Assembly: GCA_963753975.1 (NCBI GenBank)
Contig: CAVWEH010000004.1
Location: forward strand, 192,001-256,000
Direction: 5' to 3'
DNA length: 64,000 nt
From: an uncultured delta proteobacterium
GTDB lineage: Bacteria > Desulfobacterota > Syntrophia > Syntrophales > Smithellaceae
Shown: in pieces, positions 49,562-60,053 of the stretch
Layout: every line of letters starts with the position of its first letter
How positions within the stretch are numbered: position 1 is the stretch's first letter
Translations under genes and position numbers: made by a program
The notes under the pieces: generated by a model
Told to the model about the DNA's origin: nothing
The model's database searches: none
Seen by the model: the letters and a program-made list of their open reading frames with translations, nothing else

Positions 49562-50935
49562 ATGAATAAAATTTTAATCGTTGACGATGAATTAAATATG
49601 CGGTTGGTGTTGTCCGCCATGCTCAAAAAAGAAGGCTATGAAGTTGCTTCCGCCTCCGATGGGCGCGAAGCTCTGCAAATTTTAAAATCCGGTAAAATAG
49701 CTGCGGTAGTATCCGACTTGAAAATGCCGGACATTGACGGCATGGAACTGCTCAACCGTATTTCTGAAAAGTATCCGGAAGTACCTGTGATTATGATTAC
49801 CGCTCACGGCACTGTCGCCACTGCCGTCGAAGCTCTGAAGAAAGGCGCTTTGGATTACATTACCAAACCGTTTGATATAGATGAGTTAAAAAACGTTATC
49901 TCCAAAGCAATAAAAACACGCACTCTAAAAGAAAATGAATTGTTTTTGCCGCCGGAAGAAATAGAAAGAACGGGAATTATCGGCAAGAGCAAAAGTACTC
50001 TGGAGATATTCGAATCTATAAAGAGGGTGGCTCCGACGACGACGACCATCATGATCACCGGGGAGACCGGCACCGGAAAAGAGTTGGTGGCCGACGCCAT
50101 TCATTACAACTCTCCGCGCAAAAAAAATCCGCTCATCAAAATCAACTGCGCCGCCATTTCTGAAACTCTGATGGAAAGCGAATTATTTGGTTATGAAAAA
50201 GGGGCTTACACCGGCGCCGCCATTACCAAGCCGGGGAAATTCGAATTGGCCCATAAAGGGACTTTATTTCTTGACGAGGTGGGAGAAATTCCGCGCGATA
50301 TGCAGGTAAAACTCTTACGCGTTATTCAGGAGCAGGAATTTGAGCGGGTCGGCGGGCTAAAAACAATAAAAGTGGATGTGCGCATTATTGCCGCCACCAA
50401 TCAAAACCTTCTGCAGCAGGTGCAGGCGGGAAATTTTCGTGAAGATTTGTACTACCGCCTCAATGTTTTTCCTATTGACGTCCCACCCCTCAGGGAAAGA
50501 AAAGAAGACATCCTACCTCTCGTTGATTATTTCGTGGATAAATTTAATAAAAAGCTGGGGCTCTCTGTAGCTGTTGACGGCGAAGTAACGGAAATGCTTT
50601 TGCGTTATGAATGGCCGGGCAATATCCGCGAATTGGAAAACCTCATCGAAAGAATGATGCTTCTGGCAAAGAATAATCTGATTACGTCCCAGGAAGTTCC
50701 CGGCGAATTCAAGGCCGCTTTGGATAAAATAGTGACGGCACCGGCAGATGACAGCAAAAAACCGTTTAAAGACTATATGCGCGATCACGTGGAAAATGTA
50801 GAGAAACAAATGATTATTAAGTGCCTCGAGGAAGCCGGCGGCAATGTCACCAACGCAGCCAAACAACTGGGCCTTAGCCGCAAGGGATTGCAGTTAAAGA
50901 TGATTAAATACAACCTGCGCAAGGAATCAAAGTAA
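49562..50935 (+). CDS. NtrC/AtoC-family sigma54-dependent response regulator
   Basis: Receiver domain, [30 protein letters not shown] and Fis-type HTH. Confidence 0.95.
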   Translation: MNKILIVDDELNMRLVLSAMLKKEGYEVASASDGREALQILKSGKIAAVVSDLKMPDIDGMELLNRISEKYPEVPVIMITAHGTVATAVEALKKGALDYITKPFDIDELKNVISKAIKTRTLKENELFLPPEEIERTGIIGKSKSTLEIFESIKRVAPTTTTIMITGETGTGKELVADAIHYNSPRKKNPLIKINCAAISETLMESELFGYEKGAYTGAAITKPGKFELAHKGTLFLDEVGEIPRDMQVKLLRVIQEQEFERVGGLKTIKVDVRIIAATNQNLLQQVQAGNFREDLYYRLNVFPIDVPPLRERKEDILPLVDYFVDKFNKKLGLSVAVDGEVTEMLLRYEWPGNIRELENLIERMMLLAKNNLITSQEVPGEFKAALDKIVTAPADDSKKPFKDYMRDHVENVEKQMIIKCLEEAGGNVTNAAKQLGLSRKGLQLKMIKYNLRKESK

Positions 50936-50990
50936 AGCATAAGATGTGGCCCTTGGCAGTACGGCCTTTGATACACTTATCAATAGCCTG

Positions 50991-51830
50991 CTAACTTTTT
51001 CGTTCCTGCTCGATGAACTTAGTCGTATTGCGAAAACTGAATATGCCCGGTATAGTGAAATAATCCTTATACTTCTGTTTCAGCTCCGCTTGTTTTTCCG
51101 GCTTTCCGATAGCGTCGCCGATAGAAACAAAGTAATCCTTCATTGCGGCAAGAGCGTCCTGATCCGAAATTTTGCCATGCCCCGGAATTAAGGTTTTTAT
51201 TTTATAGCGGCTGGCGAGCGCATCAAGAACTCTTATCCAGGATGCTACGTTAGCGCCACTCTCGGCATGCAGGGCCGCGTGCATATCAACAAATACCAAA
51301 TCGCCGGTAACGAGGAGTTGGCGTTTTTCACAATAGACAACCACATCGTTCCACGTATGCGCCCTTCCCATATTGCGAATGCGTACAGTCTCCCTCCCCA
51401 TCTTAATTACTCTTTCCTCACCAGGTTTTAAAACCAGATCTGGATACCTGCTGGTTTTTCTGGAATCATTGTCCCACTCTTCCTTGGTGTACGCGCCGGA
51501 AATGATTTTTGCCGCTGGATAAAGCGCGTTCCCACCGGTATGATCGTAATGTGCGTGGGTATTGACAATTGTTATCTGCGCGGCTTTGACTTCATCTCTT
51601 AGTTCTTTTGCCGCCCTTCTCATCTTTGTATCAACAACAAGAGCTTTGGAGCCATCCTCGGAAGTCAAAACAATCGAGTTTCCTCCCCCGCCAAGATATA
51701 CCGTCAATTGCGGATCAAGCTGGATGGTCTCCACCTTTCCGAATTGCTGGTATATTTTCCAGAAATAGAAACCGCCTACAGCAATAATAATTGCTATTAA
51801 CAAACTGACGATAAGCAGAACCTTTTTCAT
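50991..51830 (-). CDS. MBL-fold metallo-hydrolase (cyclase-like)
   Basis: THAHYDHTGGN, AHT, TGDL and PGHG. Confidence 0.85.
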   Translation of the reverse strand: MKKVLLIVSLLIAIIIAVGGFYFWKIYQQFGKVETIQLDPQLTVYLGGGGNSIVLTSEDGSKALVVDTKMRRAAKELRDEVKAAQITIVNTHAHYDHTGGNALYPAAKIISGAYTKEEWDNDSRKTSRYPDLVLKPGEERVIKMGRETVRIRNMGRAHTWNDVVVYCEKRQLLVTGDLVFVDMHAALHAESGANVASWIRVLDALASRYKIKTLIPGHGKISDQDALAAMKDYFVSIGDAIGKPEKQAELKQKYKDYFTIPGIFSFRNTTKFIEQERKS

Positions 51831-51999
51831 AATACCTCCTTAGAAAGTCAATAACGTGGTTATATAACTCCCCCACAATATTGTTGATTAATTTACTCTT
51901 TTGCTAACTCAGGCGAATACTAAAGATTACATGCCGTTATGTCAAGACAAAACCGCCCGGATAAGAACAGCAAAAGCTTTTCGGGTTAAGCGGCGGCCA

Positions 52000-52355
52000 A
52001 GGCCGCAAATTTCGATCTCGCCTGCCTCCTGCATATGGATAAGCCCTACTTCGAGCAGAAGATATGGCCACACATGTTCTATATGTCCGCCGATGCTCTC
52101 TGGCACTGGAAGATGAATGCGGCTCGCGCCATGGGCAATAGTCTCAAGCCTGTTTACGTTACCGACCTCATCCGGGCATTTAAAGAAATTCCCGATGACC
52201 GTGTAAAAAGTATGGTTGTGTGGGCATTGGGCCGCATCGGCGGAAGCAAAGCCAAAGCCGCACTGAAAAAGTTTCTCCCAGAAAGTGCGGGAGCAGTTAG
52301 GGAAGAAATTCAAGAAGCTATAGAAGCGTCAAAAAATAACATCCTGAACCGTTAA
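52000..52355 (+). pseudogene. 5'-truncated remnant, likely the HEAT-repeat C-terminus of a QueG-like protein
   Basis: NFDLACLLHMDKPYF...WKMNAARAMGN...MVVWALGRIGG; no upstream Fe-S body in frame. Confidence 0.5.
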
Positions 52356-52479
52356 ATCTTTCATTAATGCCGGCAATATATCTTGTTTTAATTTTCTTGA
52401 CACACGAGTGCCCCCTTCATATACTCGGTAGACAAAATGCAGGGTCTTATCAAAAAATATGGAAAGGAGTTTTGAATCT

Positions 52480-53652
52480 ATGAAAGCAGGAGAAATCAAA
52501 ACAATCGCAATCATTGGCGCGGGCGATATGGGTCATGGCATTGCCGAAGTTTGCGCCCTGGCGGGGTTAAAGGTAAATCTTTATGATATCAAACAGGAAT
52601 TTGTGGACAAGGGCAAAGGCAAAATAAAAGAAAGCCTGGGAAAACAGGTTGCCAAACAAAAGATGACGGCGGATGACTCCAATAAGATAATAAATAATAT
52701 CCATGGATTCACGGTCTTAAAAGAGGCGGTGAAAGATATTGATTACGCGATTGAAGCCGCTCCGGAAATACTCGAGCTGAAAGTAAAGATATTCAAAGAA
52801 ATTGACGAAAACGCTCCCAAACACGCTATACTCGCTTCCAATACATCCAATATGAGTATTACTCAAATGGCCGCGGCGACAAAAAGACCCGATAAAGTAC
52901 TGGGAATTCATTTTTTTAATCCGCCGGTCATGATGGCCCTTGTTGAAGTTATCCGCGGCCAGAAAACATCCGCCGAGACTATGAATGTCAGTTATGATTT
53001 TATTTTGAGATTAAAAAACTTCAGAGGCGCTATGGTTCCGGTTCGTGTAGAAAAAGATTCACCAGGATTTATGTTTAACAGAATTAATGCGCCGGTTGGA
53101 TTATATCTGGCCGAAATATATGAAAAAGGGCTTATAAATCCTGAGGCCGTTGATGCCAAAATCAGATCAATCGGCGCTCCGATGGGTCCATATGAAACCA
53201 TGGATTTCGCCGGACTGGACATTTACGCCCATGGTTCGGAATATTTTGCCAAAACATTATCTCCAGAATTTAAACCCAGTAACTGGCTTGTAAAAATGGT
53301 CGCAGCCGGCACGCTGGGCAAAAAGACCGGCAAAGGCATTTTCAACTGGCCCGGTGGCACCAGGCCTACGATAGATATGAGTAAAGCCGATCCCAACTTC
53401 GATCCCATGGATATTGTCTGCCTTCAGGTAAATGAGGGTACCAAACTTCTGCAGGAAGGTGTTACAAATAGTGCTGCCGAGATAGATAAAGCTATGGTCA
53501 ACGGAGGCGGTTCGCCCTTTGGTCCATTTGCTCTGGCCAAAGGAATGGGCTGGGCAAAAGTAGCCGAACGATGTGAGGCTATCTCGAAAAAACTAGGTAT
53601 TAAATGGTTTATGCCCACTGAAACGCTGAGAAAAGGGAATATCCAAATTTAG
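52480..53652 (+). CDS. 3-hydroxyacyl-CoA dehydrogenase
   Basis: GAGDMGHGIA, IEAAPE, SNTS, GIHFFNP and PMGP; AAGGAG RBS. Confidence 0.92.
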   Translation: MKAGEIKTIAIIGAGDMGHGIAEVCALAGLKVNLYDIKQEFVDKGKGKIKESLGKQVAKQKMTADDSNKIINNIHGFTVLKEAVKDIDYAIEAAPEILELKVKIFKEIDENAPKHAILASNTSNMSITQMAAATKRPDKVLGIHFFNPPVMMALVEVIRGQKTSAETMNVSYDFILRLKNFRGAMVPVRVEKDSPGFMFNRINAPVGLYLAEIYEKGLINPEAVDAKIRSIGAPMGPYETMDFAGLDIYAHGSEYFAKTLSPEFKPSNWLVKMVAAGTLGKKTGKGIFNWPGGTRPTIDMSKADPNFDPMDIVCLQVNEGTKLLQEGVTNSAAEIDKAMVNGGGSPFGPFALAKGMGWAKVAERCEAISKKLGIKWFMPTETLRKGNIQI

Positions 53653-53678
53653 TCATAGCCATTGGAGAATAAGATAAG

Positions 53679-53716
53679 AAAAGGGAGCTCATTTTTTTAA
53701 ATGAGCTCCCTTTTTT
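53679..53716. terminator. Bidirectional rho-independent terminator
   Basis: AAAAGGGAGCTCATTT...AAATGAGCTCCCTTTTTT between convergent genes. Confidence 0.85.
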
Positions 53717-53780
53717 AAAATTACTCTTCCCCGCAGTAATGAGCCGGGCATCCGATCGATGTCATCCAGAATCGCTGCGC

Positions 53781-54260
53781 TTAATGCGCTGTTGTTCCCA
53801 TATCCTCAATCACCAGGTCATCTTTTATTTCTATACAACCCATGATGCTTTGGGCGGCGGGACAAAATTTCAAATAAGAAGAAAAAGCATCCCGCGCTTC
53901 TGCTACTTTCTCCGGCCGTGTCTTCAAATGATATTTAACGCGGATCTGAGTGATTTTGAGCACATCATTGATATTTTCTATATCCCCTTCCACATCAGCC
54001 CGGTAACGTTCTTCCGAAGTGGCTATTTTCTTTCCGGCCAGCAACGCGGCCAGTGTTCCCATCATTCAGGCGGCAGTCGCTGCCACTATATGATCAAGTG
54101 TAGCGGCATGTTCTTTTTCCGGTTCTACTTTATAAAATTTCTTTATTCCGCCATGTACTCCATAATAAACCGGCTCATTAAATCCCTCAATAATAGTCTT
54201 TCTTGTCGGGCCATTTTCCCGCACGATTTTAATACGCGATGTATGAACAATTTCTCCCAT
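53781..54260 (-). CDS. OsmC-like peroxiredoxin, probable selenoprotein (TGA at 54066-54068)
   Basis: Two track ORFs join in frame across one TGA in ATAA-U-MMGT, the OsmC catalytic Cys position; second Cys in FCPAAQS; GGAGG RBS. Confidence 0.82.
54034..54053 (-). other. Candidate bacterial SECIS hairpin
   Basis: CUGGCC-GCGUUGCU-GGCCGG begins 12 nt after the UGA, with G leading the loop. Confidence 0.55.
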
Positions 54261-54277
54261 CGGACACCTCCCCTTTC

Positions 54278-54306
54278 TATAATCCGGATGATTCATCCGG
54301 ATTATA
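54278..54306. promoter_or_regulatory. Perfect 29-bp palindrome next to the osmC-like RBS
   Basis: TATAATCCGGATGA T TCATCCGGATTATA. Confidence 0.6.
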
Positions 54307-54427
54307 ATCAACTTTAGTGGAGCCCCTTCCGGCAGGAACCGGAGGCTCCCTAAAACAACGCGACCTCCCGCGGGTCACGGCGCTTTCCTCCCTCGGCTGG
54401 AACCGGGGGGGATTCCAAGTCGCGGGA

Positions 54428-55024
54428 TTAAAATTGAACACCCTGGGCAATAAATATAGCAATGCCCCGGCGAATAATCATTACGGCAATTGCCGCCAAA
54501 AGCAGGCTGCTGATTTTCGATAGTGTCTTCGAACCTGTTTTACCAAGAATGCGATTGATCAGCGGAGCGGAAAGGAAAATACCACCGGCGATCAAAATAT
54601 TGATAATAATCGCGAGAGATGTAATGACCAAAGTGTGCTCATTAATTAGAAGCATTGACGTGGTCAACACTGCCGGCCCTGTTATCAGCGGCACACCGAT
54701 GGGCACGGCGCCCATGCTATCCAGATCAATAGGATATGGACTTTTATCGGTGGAAATAATTTCCCTGATCGAGATAATGAAAAGGAGCGTTCCGCCGGCG
54801 ATCATAAAATCGGCAACCGTGATACCGAGTAAATTCAGTATTATCGTGCCCAGGGCAATAAACGCTAAAGCAACAATTAACGCCGTAATCATCGATTGAA
54901 AAACAACACGCCTGATTTTGTGCGGCTCAATCCCCTCGGTGAGATTTATAAATAGCGGCAGAACGCCAAAAGCATTTACGGCTACAAAAAGAGGCACAAA
55001 GCACAACCAAAATGATTTCATCAT
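54428..55024 (-). CDS. MarC-family membrane protein
   Basis: FMIAGG and VPIGVPLITGPA; about 6 TM segments. Confidence 0.9.
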   Translation of the reverse strand: MMKSFWLCFVPLFVAVNAFGVLPLFINLTEGIEPHKIRRVVFQSMITALIVALAFIALGTIILNLLGITVADFMIAGGTLLFIISIREIISTDKSPYPIDLDSMGAVPIGVPLITGPAVLTTSMLLINEHTLVITSLAIIINILIAGGIFLSAPLINRILGKTGSKTLSKISSLLLAAIAVMIIRRGIAIFIAQGVQF

Positions 55025-55189
55025 ATCCAGAACTCCAATAGTTGATCAGTTTTTCTGCATTATACCAAATTGGCGTCAAAATGTTACCGAATAAAAGAGC
55101 TATTGATGGAAATGTTCGCCATATCTATCCGGCTTTATGATAGATATTCTTGTAATCATCCCTGCATTGTTATATAAGTTCCATAATTT

Positions 55190-55924
55190 ATGGAGACGGC
55201 AATGCATTTAAAGAGCGTAACCATTCATCCGGAAAAATATCCGACTCAAGAGTGTTATCCTTTTTATTTGCCGATTTTTCAAAAAGCAAAGCAAATTCTC
55301 TTCGATTCACCGGTTACATTATTTGTGGGCGAAAACGGAACAGGCAAATCTACTTTGCTGGAAGCTATAGCCATCGCCTGCGGCATTCATATCTGGCGCA
55401 ATTCCGAAAGATGCCGCCCTGAATACAATCCCTATGAGGATAAACTTCATCAATACATTTCCCTGCAATGGGAAAATGGCCGTGTTCCCGGATCTTTTTT
55501 CGGCTCAAAGATATTTCAGCACTTCGCTGAATTATTAGATGAGTGGGCGGTAGCCGATCGGGGCCAATTAAATTATTTCGGCGGAAAATCTTTAACCACC
55601 CAATCTCACGGACAATCGCTGATGTCTTTTTTCCGCAGCCGCTATCAGATCAAAGGCCTTTATCTCCTGGACGAGCCCGAAACCGCTCTTTCTCCGAAAA
55701 GCCAAATCGAACTGCTTGCCCTCCTCGATAAAATGAGTGTCGATGGCCACGCTCAGTTTATTGTCGCGACCCATTCGCCAATTTTGCTGGCCTGTCCTTG
55801 TGCAAAAATTTATTCATTTGATCATTCCGATGTTCAGCCAATCCGCTATGAAGAAACCGATCACTACCGCCTTTACAAAAAATTCATGGAGGACAGAAAT
55901 ACATTCCTCAATCATGATAAATGA
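55190..55924 (+). CDS. ABC/AAA-type ATPase (COG3910-like)
   Basis: GENGTGKST, QSHGQ, LLDEPETALSP and ATHSP. Confidence 0.85.
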   Translation: METAMHLKSVTIHPEKYPTQECYPFYLPIFQKAKQILFDSPVTLFVGENGTGKSTLLEAIAIACGIHIWRNSERCRPEYNPYEDKLHQYISLQWENGRVPGSFFGSKIFQHFAELLDEWAVADRGQLNYFGGKSLTTQSHGQSLMSFFRSRYQIKGLYLLDEPETALSPKSQIELLALLDKMSVDGHAQFIVATHSPILLACPCAKIYSFDHSDVQPIRYEETDHYRLYKKFMEDRNTFLNHDK

Positions 55925-55954
55925 TTAAGAAGATATAATGATCAGCAGCTTCAT

Positions 55955-56659
55955 ATGAATATAATTAAAATAATTAAAGATATTCTGCCCGGAGAAAATG
56001 ATTACCTTGTAGGTTATGCCAATCTTGACAGTCTGCTGCCGGCGAAATATAAATCTTACGGCTATGCAATTGTTTTAGCCCGCAGGCTTGACGACCGGAT
56101 TATTGACAGCATTGCGGAAGGGCCAAACATCGAATATTACAACCATTATCACGAAGTTAATCGGGAGTTAACAAAAGTCGCACACAATATAGCTGAGAAG
56201 ATACAGCTTCAAGGCAGTAAATCATTGGTTATTGAACCGACAATTCATGACCGGGACGTCGATAAATTTTTTTTCAAGACCTTGCGTTTTGACTTTTCCC
56301 ATAAAATGGCGGCGACACGCGCCGGCTTGGGTTGGATCGGTAAAACAGCTCTTTTTATCTCCGGGAAATACGGCCCTCGCATGCGCTTAGTTACGGTGCT
56401 TACCGATTACCCCTTACCCTATTGCACAGAACCAATTAACGAAAGCCACTGCGGCTTATGTGATCTTTGCATCCGGCACTGCCCGGCTCAGGCGGCCAAT
56501 GGCAAACTATGGAATATCCACATTGACCGCAATGAATTCTTCGATCCCTTCGCCTGCCGAAAAAAAGCACGTGAACTTTCTTATCAGAATTTTAGCAAAA
56601 AAATCACTTTATGCGGCAAATGCGTAGCCGTATGCCCGATAGGGAAAATCCAGAGATAA
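55955..56659 (+). CDS. QueG/reductive-dehalogenase-like 4Fe-4S protein
   Basis: SHKMAATRAGLGWIGK, GPRMRL, CxxCxxCxxxCP and CGKCVAVCP. Confidence 0.8.
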   Translation: MNIIKIIKDILPGENDYLVGYANLDSLLPAKYKSYGYAIVLARRLDDRIIDSIAEGPNIEYYNHYHEVNRELTKVAHNIAEKIQLQGSKSLVIEPTIHDRDVDKFFFKTLRFDFSHKMAATRAGLGWIGKTALFISGKYGPRMRLVTVLTDYPLPYCTEPINESHCGLCDLCIRHCPAQAANGKLWNIHIDRNEFFDPFACRKKARELSYQNFSKKITLCGKCVAVCPIGKIQR

Positions 56660-56757
56660 TAAAGGTTAAGCAGTGACAACACATTATCAATAAAAATAAT
56701 TATTGACATCCATGGCTATTTGGCTATATTACCATCTAGATTACCAAGAGAAGCAAA

Positions 56758-57090
56758 ATGAAAAAATCAGTAAAAACTCAGCATGAAGCGCGGGCAAAAA
56801 TCATTAAAGCTATGGCGCATCCCAGCAGACTCTTTATTATTGAGGAGATCAACAAAAAAGAACGTTGTGTTAATGAACTCACCGATATGATCGGCGCGGA
56901 TGCTTCAACGGTTTCCAAACACTTGAGTGTTTTGAAAAATGCGGGGCTAGTTGCCGACGAAAAAAGAGGCAACTCGATTTTTTACAGTCTGCGTGTCCCC
57001 TGCATTATGCAGTTTATGGGATGTCTGGAGGATGTTCTTTCTTCCAACGCCAAACAGCACATAGCGATTTTAAAATGCTGTAAAAAATAA
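56758..57090 (+). CDS. arsR: ArsR/SmtB-family repressor
   Basis: KAMAHPSRL, ERCV, STVSKHLSVLK; C-terminal CC. Confidence 0.85.
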   Translation: MKKSVKTQHEARAKIIKAMAHPSRLFIIEEINKKERCVNELTDMIGADASTVSKHLSVLKNAGLVADEKRGNSIFYSLRVPCIMQFMGCLEDVLSSNAKQHIAILKCCKK

Positions 57091-57148
57091 TTTTTTCTCA
57101 TCTACTGAACCAATTAGTAATTCAGAAAGTGACAGAGGAGACAAATTA

Positions 57149-57385
57149 ATGAAGATAGAAATATTAGGTACTGGCTGTGCCAAATGTCATAAACTCGACG
57201 AGCTTGTCCGGACAACTGTCCACGAAATGGGTGTGAATGCCGACATCATCAAGGTTGAAGACATCAAAAAGATCATGGCCTACGGCGTAATGACAACTCC
57301 CGCCCTCGTCATTGACGGAGAAATAAAAATTGCCGGTCGAATACCATCGGCAAATGAACTCAAGGGCTTAATCGGGAGAAAATGA
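57149..57385 (+). CDS. Small redox-active disulfide protein (thioredoxin-like)
   Basis: ILGTGCAKC and GVMTTPALVIDG. Confidence 0.9.
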   Translation: MKIEILGTGCAKCHKLDELVRTTVHEMGVNADIIKVEDIKKIMAYGVMTTPALVIDGEIKIAGRIPSANELKGLIGRK

Positions 57386-58434
57386 TGAACAACTGCTGTA
57401 CAGACAAAGAGGGGAACTCTTCTAAATTCAAAAGCTATATCCTCATTGTGCTTTTGCTGGCCGGAATTATTTTTTATTTCTATCTGGAAGACATCGTCAA
57501 TTTCCTGGTCTATTCCTTAATGCATTTGGAGCATGGGTCTCATTTGACGGAGTCGATAAGGTTTTTCCTCTATGATACTCCGAAAGTACTCATGCTTCTT
57601 ATATCCATTGTATTTATCGTGGGGATCATTCGTTCCTATTTTTCACCGGAAAAGACCAGAAAAGCGCTGGAGGGAAAGCCGCTGTTTATCGGTAATATCA
57701 TGGCCAGTACTCTGGGTATCGTAACGCCCTTTTGCAGCTGTTCGGCAATTCCCCTTTTCATCGGATTTGTGGAAAGCGGCATTCCGCTCGGTGTCACCTT
57801 CTCTTTTCTGATTGCCGCGCCGATGATTAATGAAGTTGCGCTGGTTTTACTCTTTGGCCTTTTCGGCTGGAAGACGGCTCTGCTTTATGTATCCACCGGT
57901 TTGCTCATCGCCATAACATCCGGCTGGGTAATAGGCAGACTGAAATTGGAACGGTTCGTGGAAGAATGGGTATATGAAATAAAGTCCGGCGATCTCCGGA
58001 TGGAAGAAGGTAATATCACTTTTAGGGATAGGATCCAGGCGGGTTATACGGCAGTCCATGATATTGTTTCCAAGGTCTGGATTTACATTGTGGCGGGAAT
58101 TGCCGTCGGTGCCGCTGTGCACGGCTACGTACCGGAAAATTTCATGGCATCGATCATGGGCAAAACAGTGTGGTGGTCGGTTCCTTTGGCTGTGGCAATC
58201 GGTGTTCCTCTTTATTCCAATGCGGCGGGCATCATCCCTATTCTTCAGGCTCTCCTGGAAAAGGGCGCAGCGCTGGGCACGGCACTGGCCTTTATGATGT
58301 CGGTAATCGGTCTTTCGCTTCCGGAAATGATCATCCTGAAAAAAGTAATCAAGCTACCGCTGATCGTTATTTTTATCAGTGTCGTCGCCACCGGTATTAT
58401 GATTGTAGGATTCCTCTTCAATTTGGTCTATTAA
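57382..58434 (+). CDS. ArsP/DUF318 permease
   Basis: TPFCSCSAIP and LSLPE motifs. Confidence 0.88.
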   Translation: MMNNCCTDKEGNSSKFKSYILIVLLLAGIIFYFYLEDIVNFLVYSLMHLEHGSHLTESIRFFLYDTPKVLMLLISIVFIVGIIRSYFSPEKTRKALEGKPLFIGNIMASTLGIVTPFCSCSAIPLFIGFVESGIPLGVTFSFLIAAPMINEVALVLLFGLFGWKTALLYVSTGLLIAITSGWVIGRLKLERFVEEWVYEIKSGDLRMEEGNITFRDRIQAGYTAVHDIVSKVWIYIVAGIAVGAAVHGYVPENFMASIMGKTVWWSVPLAVAIGVPLYSNAAGIIPILQALLEKGAALGTALAFMMSVIGLSLPEMIILKKVIKLPLIVIFISVVATGIMIVGFLFNLVY

Positions 58435-58506
58435 AATAATCATTGAAAAAGGAATTAAGTATTATGTCGGAGGATCTTTGAAGTTGACAATGAGGTTATT
58501 TTCCTT

Positions 58507-59262
58507 ATGTCTTTAGAAATCTACTTGATCAGCGCAGTATCCGTATTTTTCTTTTCGGGACTTCTCGCCATGGCCGGGCTGGGCGCTGCCTTTATTTTTG
58601 TGCCTCTTTTCTACTATCTGGGGGTCCCTCTGGCTGAGGCAGTACCGGCGGCACTTTTGCTCAACGTTGTGAGCCTCATGTTTGCGACAGTAAATTATTA
58701 TCGCGGCGGTCTCATCAATTGGCGTATCGGCCTGCCGATCATGATCACGGCAGTCTTGCTCGCTCCCCTGGGCGCTCGCACAACGCCCTTTGTGGACAAA
58801 CGTCTTTTTCTTGGCATGTTTTCAGCGTTCCTGGTTTTCGCCGGCTTCATGATGCTCTTCTACAAGCCGGCACCACGGACGAAGGAATTGAGTCGTACCG
58901 GCGAATCCGGCGCCGGTGCTGCCGTTGGATGCGTGGCCGGATTTCTCGGGGGGCTCTTGGGTGTGGGCGGCGGTAATTTCATTGTGCCCGTTCTGAACTG
59001 GCTGGGCATTGATGCCAAGATTGCCGCCGGAACCACAGCGATGGTAGTTGTCTTCGCCTCTTTATCAGGGTTCCTCGGCCACGTCACCCTGGGAGGCCTG
59101 AGCCCTGTATTTCTCGGAGTCATGGCCGTCATGAGCGCTCTGGGCTCCATTGTAGGTTCACAAATGATGAAGACAAGGATTTCCAGTTCCCAACTGAAGA
59201 GAATCATCGGCGTGCTGTTGTGGTTGATCGCCGCCAAGATGATCTTTGACTTGATCAAGTAA
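58507..59262 (+). CDS. TauE/SafE-family exporter
   Basis: GLGAAFIFVP and GLLGVGGG motifs. Confidence 0.85.
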   Translation: MSLEIYLISAVSVFFFSGLLAMAGLGAAFIFVPLFYYLGVPLAEAVPAALLLNVVSLMFATVNYYRGGLINWRIGLPIMITAVLLAPLGARTTPFVDKRLFLGMFSAFLVFAGFMMLFYKPAPRTKELSRTGESGAGAAVGCVAGFLGGLLGVGGGNFIVPVLNWLGIDAKIAAGTTAMVVVFASLSGFLGHVTLGGLSPVFLGVMAVMSALGSIVGSQMMKTRISSSQLKRIIGVLLWLIAAKMIFDLIK

Positions 59263-59384
59263 ACAAAAATGGGGGTTCTTACGACGAAGAAATAAGTTCC
59301 GCCGGAATGTGACACAGGTTTTGCGTCGTGTATGGATTTAAATAAAATTATTTTTTGAAGGATAAGAAAGGAGATACATTATGA

Positions 59385-59981
59385 ATGAACGTGAAAGAAC
59401 TCTATGAACTCGGATTGAAGTTCCACGGGCACAAGTGCCCAGCCATGCCCATGGGGATCAGGGCCGGTCTTGCCGCAATGAAGGCCCTCGGCGTAAAACG
59501 GTCACAGGACAAGGAGTTGGTCGTAGAAGCCGAAACGGGCGAAGGTCATGCAGCGGGCTGCTTTGTGGACGGCATCATGGTTGCTACAGGCGCCACCTAC
59601 GGCAAGTCGAATATAAAGAAATTGAATTACAGCAAGATGGCCTTCACTCTCATCGATACGGCCACGGATCGAGCCGTCCGAGTCTCACTTAAGCCGGAGT
59701 TCTTCGAAAAGGCCCTGGCATCGCCCTTTGTGCAGAAGAGGAAAGAGGGCGTGCTGCCCCAGGATATTCCGGCGGAAATCACCAATCCCCAGATCGACAG
59801 GATACTCGCTCTGCCCGATGCCGATTTCCTGAACGTGAGCGAGGTGTTCAGCAGGAAGTTAACCAAAGGCAAAGGTAACTTTGAGACAAAAAGATGCGCG
59901 AAATGCGGCGAGGCTGTCTTTACTGATAAATTGAAAGAGGGAACCGACGGGAAGTTGCTTTGCATCCCCTGCAGCGTGTAG
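59385..59981 (+). CDS. FmdE-family protein with C-terminal zinc finger
   Basis: FHGHKCP, CFVDG and CAKC...CIPC. Confidence 0.85.
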   Translation: MNVKELYELGLKFHGHKCPAMPMGIRAGLAAMKALGVKRSQDKELVVEAETGEGHAAGCFVDGIMVATGATYGKSNIKKLNYSKMAFTLIDTATDRAVRVSLKPEFFEKALASPFVQKRKEGVLPQDIPAEITNPQIDRILALPDADFLNVSEVFSRKLTKGKGNFETKRCAKCGEAVFTDKLKEGTDGKLLCIPCSV

Positions 59982-60053
59982 AAACAACAAAACGATTACC
60001 GCACTGAATTACGAGTGGGCTACCATTTTCAGTTAAAAAGTAGATCATTACAC

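Noticed and set aside
55100..55150. Fluoride riboswitch-like GATGG...GTTCGCC
   Set aside because: The pseudoknot pairing and downstream consensus are missing, and it is not upstream of the ClC gene.
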